Of a stretch of DNA of 25,622 bases, positions 1 through 7,019 are shown one piece after another. Within the stretch, counting starts at the first letter, position 1. The number at the start of each line of letters is the position of its first letter. Under the pieces are notes generated by a model. The model was not told where the DNA came from and did no database searches. It saw only the letters and a program-made list of their open reading frames with translations. The DNA comes from Acidobacteriota bacterium (GTDB lineage: Bacteria; Acidobacteriota; Terriglobia; Terriglobales; Acidobacteriaceae), in contig JAJYZK010000003.1 of the NCBI GenBank assembly GCA_021799945.1, forward strand, positions 1 to 25,622, read 5' to 3'. The translations under genes and the position numbers were made by a program.

Positions 1-1
1 C

Positions 2-1336
2 CACTCCACCTCCTGGTTCGTCGGATACCCGCAGCTCGCCAGCGCGCCGGGGCCCTATCAGATCGATCGGGAGTGGGGCATCTCCAACCACGCGATGGAT
101 CCCACCCGGGAATCGACGTACCGCTTTCTCGCCGCCTTCATCCGGGAGATGTCGGAGTTGTTCCCCGATCGGTACCTGCACATCGGCGGCGATGAATGCA
201 ACGGCAAGGATTGGGACGCCAATCCCCAGATTCAGGCCTTCATGCGCGCGCACGGGCTCAAAGACAACGCCGCGCTGCAAGCGTACTTTACCGCGCGCGT
301 CCAGAAGTTGGTGGCCAAGCGCGGCAAGATCATGGAAGGCTGGGATGAAGTGCTGCAGCCGAATACGCCTCAGGACGTCGTGATTCAATCCTGGCGAGGA
401 CCGGAATCGCTTGCCGCCGCGGCCCGCCAGGGAAATCGCGCGCTGCTCTCGACCGGCTATTACATCGACCTCAATCAGACGGCGGCGGAGCATTACGCGG
501 TCGATCCGCTGCCGGCAGCCCTGACCTCCGGCCCCTCCGCGCTCTCGGCGGCGCAGCAGAAGCTGATCCTGGGCGGAGAAGCGACCATGTGGTCGGAGTA
601 CGTCGATCCCGGAAATATCGACAGCCGCATCTGGCCGCGGACCGCGGCCATCGCCGAGCGGCTGTGGTCGCCCGCGGACGTAACGGATATCCCTGCGATG
701 TACGCCCGCTTGTCGATCGTCTCCCAGAAACTCGAATATCTTTCCTTGCAGCACAACTCCAGCTATCCGCAGATGCTTCGCCGCATGACCGGAGAGACCG
801 ATCCGCTGCCTCTTCACGTGCTGGGCGATATCCTCCAGCCGCCGCTCGGGTATCAGCGGGAAAAATTCGGCCCCTACAATACATTCACGCCGCTGAACCG
901 CATGCCCGACGCCGTGCACCCCGAAAGCGATGTGGCGAGAGAATTCCAGGGCCTGGTCGACGCCCTGCTCTCCGGCCACGCCAAGCCCCGGGACTGGGTC
1001 CAGACGCGGCGCTGGCTCCTGTTGTGGCGGGACAACGACGCCCGGCTGGAGCCCCTGCTGCCTCGCTCGGACCTGACCGAGGAACTCATCCCCGTCTCCC
1101 TGCGGCTGCATCAGGTATCGGAGATCGGGCTGGAGGCCCTGCGCTATCTCCGCGACGGGCAGGCGGCGCCGGAGGAATGGCGTGCACAGCAGACCGCCTT
1201 CCTGGAGAAGGCCGCGGAGACTCAGGCGGCGCTGCGGGATATGGCCGCTCCGCAGGTTCTGCGGCTGGTGCGGGCGACAGCGGGTCCGCTGCCGGGGAAC
1301 GGAGCGCCATCCCCTTCGCCGGGTCAGGCTCCGTGA
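2..1336 (+). CDS. Beta-N-acetylhexosaminidase, GH20 family (5'-truncated by window edge)
   Basis: Frame is open from position 2 (HSTSWFVGYPQLASAPGPY...), upstream of the ORF-track Met at 95. Catalytic HIGGDE motif, plus WDE, GYYID and GGEATMWSEY...RIWPR, typical of GH20. Confidence 0.93.
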   Translation, partial: HSTSWFVGYPQLASAPGPYQIDREWGISNHAMDPTRESTYRFLAAFIREMSELFPDRYLHIGGDECNGKDWDANPQIQAFMRAHGLKDNAALQAYFTARVQKLVAKRGKIMEGWDEVLQPNTPQDVVIQSWRGPESLAAAARQGNRALLSTGYYIDLNQTAAEHYAVDPLPAALTSGPSALSAAQQKLILGGEATMWSEYVDPGNIDSRIWPRTAAIAERLWSPADVTDIPAMYARLSIVSQKLEYLSLQHNSSYPQMLRRMTGETDPLPLHVLGDILQPPLGYQREKFGPYNTFTPLNRMPDAVHPESDVAREFQGLVDALLSGHAKPRDWVQTRRWLLLWRDNDARLEPLLPRSDLTEELIPVSLRLHQVSEIGLEALRYLRDGQAAPEEWRAQQTAFLEKAAETQAALRDMAAPQVLRLVRATAGPLPGNGAPSPSPGQAP

Positions 1337-1381
1337 CCGCTCCTCGACCGGGCCGCGGCCAGGCAAGGAGCAAAGCGTGAC

Positions 1382-2737
1382 TTGGCAATGACCATGCCCG
1401 CCGGCAAACTGCCCGTTCCTCGGACTCCCGCGGTTGCGCCGGAACCCGGCCGAATTCCCGGAAGACGCTGGCGAATCGCCCTGCTCCTGGGCCTCGGAGT
1501 GCTCGTCAACTACTTCGACCGGGTGAACCTATCCGTCTCCCACCATGCGCTGATCGCCGCCTTCGCCATTTCCGATGTCACCTTCGGCTATCTCTCCGCC
1601 GCATACAACTGGAGTTACGCACTCTGCCAGCTTCCGATCGGCGTTCTTCTGGATCGATTCGGCGTGCGGAAGATCGGCAGAATCGGAACCTTTCTGTGGA
1701 GCGTCGCCTCCTTCGCAACCGCCGGCTCTCCCTGGATGAGCGGTCTTTTCGCCTCCCGCCTCCTGCTGGGCATCGGCGAAGCGCCCACCTTTCCGGCCAA
1801 CGCAAAGGCGGTGGGCTACTGGTTTCCGCCCGAAGAGCGCAGTATGGCCACCGCGATCTTCGACAGCACGGCCAAGTTAGCCTCAGCCATCGGAGTGCCG
1901 CTCATCGGAATCCTGATGGTGAAGTTCGGCTGGCGCTGGGGATTCGCCGCCACCGGCGTGGTGAGCTTTCTGTACTTTCTGATCTTCTGGGCCGTCTACA
2001 AAGACCCGGATGAGGATCCCGGCCTGAGCCCGCAGGAACTCGCCTTTATCCGCGCGGAGTATTCGCGCCCGGCCGCGGAGGGCGCCTCGAGCGGAGAAAC
2101 GGCGACCTTCGGACATCTGCTGCGTCAGCGCAAGGTCTACGGCGTGCTGCTCGGCTTCGGCGCCTACAACTACGTCTTCTACCTCCTGCTTACCTGGCTG
2201 CCCAGCTATCTCTCCAGCGCGCTTCATATCGACATCGTGCGCTCTCTGCTCTATACCAGCGCTCCCTGGCTTATCGCCACCGCCGCCGACCTGGCCGTCG
2301 GAGGCTATCTGGTGGATAAGCTGATCGCCATCGGATGGCCGGCGAACACTGTGCGCCGGGTGGTTCTGGTGACCGGCACGGGGCTGGGTCTGGGCATCTT
2401 CGGCGCCGCCCATGCCTCCACAGCCGGGCAGGCGCTGGCCTGGATCAGTCTCTCCATCGGAGGCCTCTCCGCGGCGGCCCCGGTGGTGTGGTCTCTGCCG
2501 TCCCTGCTGGCGCCGCGCCAGAGCGTCGGCGCGCTGGGAGGCATCATGAACTTCTCCAGCCAGCTTTCCGGCATCTCCGCGCCCATCGTGACCGGTTACC
2601 TGGTGGCGTACCGGCATTCCTATGCCTGGGCCTTTGGAGTCGCCGCGGCTTACCTGGTCATTGGAGTGGCCGGATATGTGTTTCTGCTGGGAAAGATCGA
2701 ACGGATCCCGGCCAACGGCCCTGACGGGTTCAGATAA
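1382..2737 (+). CDS. MFS transporter, anion:cation symporter (galactonate/hexuronate-like) type
   Basis: About 12 hydrophobic segments; NYFDRVNLS, MFS motif A (GVLLDRFGVRK), LLGIGEAPTFPA. AAGGAG at 1365-1370. Start could be TTG 1382, ATG 1388 or ATG 1394. Confidence 0.88.
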   Translation: MAMTMPAGKLPVPRTPAVAPEPGRIPGRRWRIALLLGLGVLVNYFDRVNLSVSHHALIAAFAISDVTFGYLSAAYNWSYALCQLPIGVLLDRFGVRKIGRIGTFLWSVASFATAGSPWMSGLFASRLLLGIGEAPTFPANAKAVGYWFPPEERSMATAIFDSTAKLASAIGVPLIGILMVKFGWRWGFAATGVVSFLYFLIFWAVYKDPDEDPGLSPQELAFIRAEYSRPAAEGASSGETATFGHLLRQRKVYGVLLGFGAYNYVFYLLLTWLPSYLSSALHIDIVRSLLYTSAPWLIATAADLAVGGYLVDKLIAIGWPANTVRRVVLVTGTGLGLGIFGAAHASTAGQALAWISLSIGGLSAAAPVVWSLPSLLAPRQSVGALGGIMNFSSQLSGISAPIVTGYLVAYRHSYAWAFGVAAAYLVIGVAGYVFLLGKIERIPANGPDGFR

Positions 2738-2772
2738 GAACTAAGGCCAGAGGCTCCGGTCGTGCGGGCTTC

Positions 2773-2800
2773 GATGCCGCGGCCCGGGGGCCGCGGCATC
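2773..2800. terminator. Perfect 12-bp GC-rich hairpin between convergent genes, probable bidirectional terminator
   Basis: GATGCCGCGGCC-CGGG-GGCCGCGGCATC between the MFS stop (2737) and CDGSH stop (2809); no clear U-tract. Confidence 0.55.
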
Positions 2801-2808
2801 CGCCAATG

Positions 2809-3042
2809 CTAGGTCTTCGAGGGCGGCGTTTGGACGGCGGTCTCCACGGACTGGAAGCCGATTCTGGCGTGCGAGCCGTCGCAAAACGGCTTTTTCGCCG
2901 AGGCCCCACACCGGCACAAGGAGATTGCCGGCTTGCCGGCCAGATCCCATTCCCGGCCTTCGGCATCCAGCAATTGGATTGGGCCCTCCACTCGAAGCGA
3001 GCCATTCGGGCGGACAGTGATTTTTACTTCGTTCGCGGCCAT
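2809..3042 (-). CDS. CDGSH iron-sulfur (2Fe-2S) domain protein, 77 aa
   Basis: CRCGASAKKPFCDGSH matches C-x-C-x2-S-x3-P-x-C-D-G-S-H; GAGGA RBS upstream. Confidence 0.93.
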   Translation of the reverse strand: MAANEVKITVRPNGSLRVEGPIQLLDAEGREWDLAGKPAISLCRCGASAKKPFCDGSHARIGFQSVETAVQTPPSKT

Positions 3043-3247
3043 AGTGCTTCCTCAGGCGGCGGGCCATTGCGCTCCACCGCGGTTACAGTTTCGTGAAGGG
3101 GTGAGGCTGCGCCGGATCGAGGCCCGGAGCCGCGGGATTTCTGCGGAAAGACACCTGGCGGAAAGCCGCTTCGCTATGCGCTCGCGGGCTTGTCGCCATA
3201 CGGATGGACTCCGCGTCCGCTTTCCCGCCCCGGGTGGACGGGTCTTT

Positions 3248-3283
3248 GGCGGAATGCGGGGGCGGAATGCAGGGGCGGAATGC
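3248..3283. repeat. Tandem repeat, core GGCGGAATGC x3 with 13-bp period
   Basis: Copies start at 3248, 3261 and 3274 in intergenic DNA. Confidence 0.85.
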
Positions 3284-3332
3284 GCGATCGGGCGCCTCGC
3301 CCGCCGTCCGGGCGCGTTTTCTCAATCCGCGC

Positions 3333-3578
3333 TCAGTCGCTATCCAGATTTTGTTTCGCCGGCGGCGGATCCTGGGCCGGCTTAGGCTGAGGATTTTCAA
3401 AGTTTCCGGGAGTTGCGGTGGTCGAACCGATAACCGGCCCCGATGCGTCGTTACTGCTCTGGCCCACCTTCTGCCCTTCCCAGCCGGTGGTGGTCACATT
3501 TTCGGTAGTGCTTCCCGTTTCGCAGCCGACCACCGCTCCGCATAGGGTCAGCAGCAGGATGACGGAAGCTTTATGCAT
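3333..3578 (-). CDS. Small putative lipoprotein, 81 aa, low-complexity mature part
   Basis: GAGGAG RBS 9 nt upstream; MHK, hydrophobic stretch, lipobox VVG-C (Cys19); T/G/S/P/Q-rich tail. Confidence 0.65.
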   Translation of the reverse strand: MHKASVILLLTLCGAVVGCETGSTTENVTTTGWEGQKVGQSSNDASGPVIGSTTATPGNFENPQPKPAQDPPPAKQNLDSD

Positions 3579-3683
3579 GATGTTTTTCTCCTCAATGAAT
3601 GGATCCCGGCGTGGCGGGAACCGACCCGATTCCCTATCGAGCCGCCACGACGATTCCTGCCCCGCAAACTGTAGACGACCTTA

Positions 3684-3712
3684 AGGCTAAACGGTTTCGC
3701 GACGGCTCACAA
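3684..3712 (-). promoter_or_regulatory. Possible sigma70-type promoter for the lipoprotein gene
   Basis: Minus strand TTGTGA-N17-TAGCCT; weak match. Confidence 0.3.
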
Positions 3713-3837
3713 GCGGGGATCGCGGGCGCAGCCTGGCGGAAAGGGCAAGGAGCGAGGGCGCTCATCGATTCCCGGCAGTGGTTCATCGATCGGGAATTGG
3801 ATCGGGATTCGCGGGGCCATCCGCAAGTGGTTCCCAC

Positions 3838-3875
3838 AAACGAAAAGAGACGACCGCGGCCGTCTCTTTTCGTTT
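3838..3875. terminator. Rho-independent terminator downstream of the cold-shock gene (potentially bidirectional)
   Basis: AAACGAAAAGAGACG-ACCGCGGC-CGTCTCTTTTCGTTT, a perfect 15-bp inverted repeat with A/T-rich outer arms. Confidence 0.8.
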
Positions 3876-3937
3876 ATTCGTACTTTTTGACTCTCGCTTC
3901 GACTCCGACTGTAGGAAATCGGAGAAGAACGCGTTTG

Positions 3938-4138
3938 TTACAGAACCTGAACGTTCTCCGCCTGCCACCCCTTGGGGCCCTTGGTCACGTTGAACTGGAC
4001 CGCTTGGCCTTCTTGAAGAGTGCGGAAGCCGGTGGCTTGAATTGCGGTGTGGTGCACGAACACGTCCTCACCGTTTGCGCGGCTCAGGAAGCCGAACCCC
4101 TTTGCATCGTTGAACCACTTTACTGTGCCTTGTTCCAT
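3938..4138 (-). CDS. cspA: Cold-shock protein (CspA family), 66 aa
   Basis: [18 protein letters not shown] (RNP1 KGFGF), DVFVH (RNP2), LQEGQAV, GPKG. Start set at ATG 4138, after an AAGGAAAAGG purine tract. Paralog letter is uncertain. Confidence 0.95.
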   Translation of the reverse strand: MEQGTVKWFNDAKGFGFLSRANGEDVFVHHTAIQATGFRTLQEGQAVQFNVTKGPKGWQAENVQVL

Positions 4139-4250
4139 TTCCTTTTCCTTGAGTATCAAGATGACGCTGAATTCAATCGGGGGTCTGCAGGTAGTGCGGA
4201 CTTCAAGAGCAGAACGAGCTGAGCACCAAAATCGTATTCGACGCTCCTTG

Positions 4251-4279
4251 ACGATATACCGTCAGACCCAAAATTGCAA
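4251..4279 (-). promoter_or_regulatory. Sigma70-type promoter for the csp gene
   Basis: Minus strand TTGCAA-N17-TATCGT in an AT-rich patch; implies a 5'UTR of about 105 nt. Confidence 0.55.
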
Positions 4280-4354
4280 GCAAAAAATACGCGGACGGGA
4301 AAGAATCTACATAGCATAGCGGCTTCTCCCTTTCCTGTTCCTGCATACGCCGCA

Positions 4355-4398
4355 CCCCGATGGGCTTCGCCCATGGCCCCGATGGGCTTCGCCCATGG
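4355..4398. repeat. Exact 22-bp tandem duplication of a palindromic, REP-like hairpin unit
   Basis: CCCCGATGGGCTTCGCCCATGG x2; each copy contains ATGGGC-TTC-GCCCAT. Confidence 0.85.
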
Positions 4399-4410
4399 CC
4401 CGGCGGCCGC

Positions 4411-5655
4411 TCACTCATACTTCAAGCTCTCCACCGGATCCAGACGCGCCGCCCGCACCGCCGGAATGGCGCCGGAGGCCACTCCGACCCCGCAGGAAAC
4501 CAGAATGGCGACGGCCGCCGAGAGCCAGGAGACCTGCAATGGGTATCCGGTCAGCGATCCGATCAGCAGCGGAATGGCCATGCCCACGATTGTCCCCACT
4601 ATGCCCCCGCACAGCGAGATCAGCGCCGCCTCGGCCAGGAACTGGAGCTGGATTTCGCGATTGGTGGCGCCCAGAGCCTTGCGGATGCCGATCTCCCGGA
4701 TACGGGCCCGCACCGTGGCCAGCATGATATTCATGATGCCCACGCCGCTCACCAGCAGAGTCACCATCGATAACAGCAGCAGAACCCAGGTGAGCGCGGT
4801 TGCCGTCTGCCCGGCGATGGAGAGGACTTCGGTCAGGTTGCCGACATCGTATTCCGACTCGGCGCGGTGCCTGGCCTTCAGCCTTTGCAGAATCTCGGCG
4901 CTGGCCCAGGGAACGCTGCTGGAATCCTTCATCGAAAAATAAATCTGGTTCACCGCATCGGTGCCGGTAAAGTAGCGGGCCACCGTATACGGAATCAGAA
5001 TCGTATCGTCCTCAATCTCCGACTGTCCGTACGTCTCGCCCTTCTCCCGAAAGACTCCGATGATCGTGAAGGGCACGCCGGAAATGGCGAAGCTCTGGCC
5101 CACCGCGGCCTCCACGCTGCCGAACTGGTTCAGCGCGAAACTCACGGTCACCAAGGCCGCCTTGCTGTGCGCGTTCGAATCCTCCTGGTCGAAAAAGCGG
5201 CCGCTGAGCACCACCATGCGGCGGATGGAGGCATATTGCGGATCGACCCCGAGGATGAGGATGTCCCGCTCGCGGCCCCCGCCGCTCGAAAATCGCTGAT
5301 GCAGATTCAGCACCGGCGAGGCGGCCAGAATGCCGGGAACCTCCTGCTGGATGGCCCGCATATCGTCGATCGTCAGATAGTCGTGGACCGAGCTGATTCC
5401 GGCGTCGGCGAGCCCGGTATATTCGGCCCAGATGAGATTGGACCCGATGTTTTGGATCTCGCCCAGCACGTAGGACTTGCCGGACCGGCCGATGGTGACG
5501 ACCAGAATCAGGGAGGCGGTTCCGATCACCATGCCCAGGGCGGTCAGCGCGAAGCGCACCTGATTGACCCGGAAGGAATCGATGGCCAGGTGCAGGGTTT
5601 CCCGCAGCACCGCGCCTTCCTTCGCCTTCACCGCGTCCGGCCGGACAGGATTCAT
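4411..5655 (-). CDS. MacB-like (type VII ABC) permease, FtsX domain; no ATPase domain
   Basis: RFALTALGMVIGTASLI, large periplasmic domain, GVGIMNIMLATVRARIREIGIRKALGA, C-terminal AARLDPVESLKYE. Confidence 0.92.
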   Translation of the reverse strand: MNPVRPDAVKAKEGAVLRETLHLAIDSFRVNQVRFALTALGMVIGTASLILVVTIGRSGKSYVLGEIQNIGSNLIWAEYTGLADAGISSVHDYLTIDDMRAIQQEVPGILAASPVLNLHQRFSSGGGRERDILILGVDPQYASIRRMVVLSGRFFDQEDSNAHSKAALVTVSFALNQFGSVEAAVGQSFAISGVPFTIIGVFREKGETYGQSEIEDDTILIPYTVARYFTGTDAVNQIYFSMKDSSSVPWASAEILQRLKARHRAESEYDVGNLTEVLSIAGQTATALTWVLLLLSMVTLLVSGVGIMNIMLATVRARIREIGIRKALGATNREIQLQFLAEAALISLCGGIVGTIVGMAIPLLIGSLTGYPLQVSWLSAAVAILVSCGVGVASGAIPAVRAARLDPVESLKYE

Positions 5656-5737
5656 GGTTCAGCACCCATGCTTCACCCGCGTCGTGGTCCCGCCCAGGGC
5701 CCGGCAAGCCGGAATTCGACGCCGCTCCGGCAGCCCG

Positions 5738-6115
5738 CTAACGCTTGCCGAGAATCACCAGCGCCACGCCCACAACGACCAGCAGAATCCCGATCCAGCG
5801 CTGCAGGCTGACATGCTCGCCAAGAAAAATGACCCCGCCAGCGGCCCCCGCCAGATAGCTTAACGCGCTGACCGGAACCACAAAACTGACGTTTTCAAAC
5901 GACAGCACGCCCAGCAGGGAAAAAAACGCCAGCGTCATCAGCAGAATTCCGGCCCACATCCAGCCCACCCGCATGGCCCGGAAAATCACCCCGGCGACCG
6001 CCCCCGGACGGAAGTCATTCACTTCTCCCACCGACTTCATGGCCCGGGAGACGCACAGCTCGCCCGCAGTGCCGGCCAGCACAATCAGCAGGAAGAGAAC
6101 CAGCGCGCCCACCAT
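5738..6115 (-). CDS. Half-size EamA/SMR-like (DMT superfamily, ArnE/ArnF-like) membrane protein
   Basis: 4 TM segments; VSFVVPVSALSY and FLGEHVSLQRWIGILLV. Start ATG 6115 or TTG 6121. Confidence 0.8.
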   Translation of the reverse strand: MVGALVLFLLIVLAGTAGELCVSRAMKSVGEVNDFRPGAVAGVIFRAMRVGWMWAGILLMTLAFFSLLGVLSFENVSFVVPVSALSYLAGAAGGVIFLGEHVSLQRWIGILLVVVGVALVILGKR

Positions 6116-6295
6116 CAGCAATCCACCCTTACCGCCCCGGCCCGAGTGTCCGGCCGCCGAAGCTCGATACAGAATCCTTGCTATCCCGCGCGCAGCGACG
6201 GATTTGCGTTTTCAACGATTTCCGCATAGCAGTCCGGCTTCCATGTAGGCTGTCAGCCCTGGGGGACACCACGCTGGAAGCCTGTTGACAAACTC

Positions 6296-6709
6296 CTAGC
6301 GGTCCACCGTGCGCGGGCTGGTCCGTCCGACGGTGAAAACTCCCACGCAGATGATCGCGATTCCAATCCAGTGCAACAGGGTGACGCGCTCCCCCAGCAT
6401 GAAGTAGGCCAGCAGGGCGATCACGGCGTAGGCGACGGATCCGGCGGGCAGCACATAGCTATAGTCGGCCCAGGTCAGAACCATCATGTTGGCCACGAAG
6501 AAGGTCAGCAGAGACGCCACGCCCAACCAGACCGATGTGCTGCGGAAGACCCGGAGCGTGACGTGCAGCAGACCGGAGGGCGGCCAGAAGGCCACTTTGC
6601 CCACTTGTTTCATCCCCTTGGCCAGCAGAACGTTTCCCAGCGGACCCGCGATGACCATAATGAGAATCATCAGTATCGTTTTCAGATGTAACGGCCGGCG
6701 GGACTTCAT
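6296..6709 (-). CDS. Half-size EamA/SMR-like (DMT superfamily, ArnE/ArnF-like) membrane protein
   Basis: 4 TM segments; LTWADYSYVLPA and LGERVTLLHWIGIAII; GGAG upstream of ATG. Confidence 0.82.
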   Translation of the reverse strand: MKSRRPLHLKTILMILIMVIAGPLGNVLLAKGMKQVGKVAFWPPSGLLHVTLRVFRSTSVWLGVASLLTFFVANMMVLTWADYSYVLPAGSVAYAVIALLAYFMLGERVTLLHWIGIAIICVGVFTVGRTSPRTVDR

Positions 6710-6917
6710 TCACTCCTGGCGATGGAATGGGATTGTGTCTGCGCGGCTCGCTTCTCGGGCAGGCGCAGTCTCGGTTCTTCTCCATTGTACAGGCGACCGC
6801 GATGGCGGCCCGAGCAGGAGGATTTCCGCCCGCGCCGCCGCGGCCTCCCTCGCAATTCCTCTCAGGATTTGCCTGCGAATTGCTTGAATGGCGGAATTTC
6901 TCCCGGCCACTACGCTA

Positions 6918-6930
6918 TAACTATAAGTTA
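6918..6930. promoter_or_regulatory. AT-rich palindrome in the divergent promoter region, candidate operator
   Basis: TAACT-ATA-AGTTA overlapping direct repeat CTATAA-CTATAA (6915-6926) in otherwise GC-rich DNA. Confidence 0.3.
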
Positions 6931-7019
6931 CGGTCGATTCCCCGCCCTTGCCCGGTCGCTCGGCGGGAACGGAGAGCCCTCCGCGACTCGATACCCTCAC
7001 TGCAAGGGGTGCGCTCACT

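Noticed and set aside
3083-3400. 105-aa minus-strand ORF and other short ORFs in the 3043-3840 intergenic regions
   Set aside because: No RBS or motifs, overlap with the better-supported lipoprotein gene, and they run through the tandem repeat.
3764-3776. 13-mer ATCGATTCCCGGC shared with 20869-20881, and CCTGGCGGAAAG shared between 3154 and 3732
   Set aside because: Single 12-13-nt matches are within chance expectation for GC-rich intergenic DNA of this size.
6285-6290. Perfect TTGACA
   Set aside because: No -10 box at the proper spacing, and it points antisense into the EamA gene.
6918-6937. Resemblance to the I-CeuI/23S rRNA motif TAACTATAACGGTC
   Set aside because: Match is interrupted by a 3-nt insertion, and there is no rRNA context.
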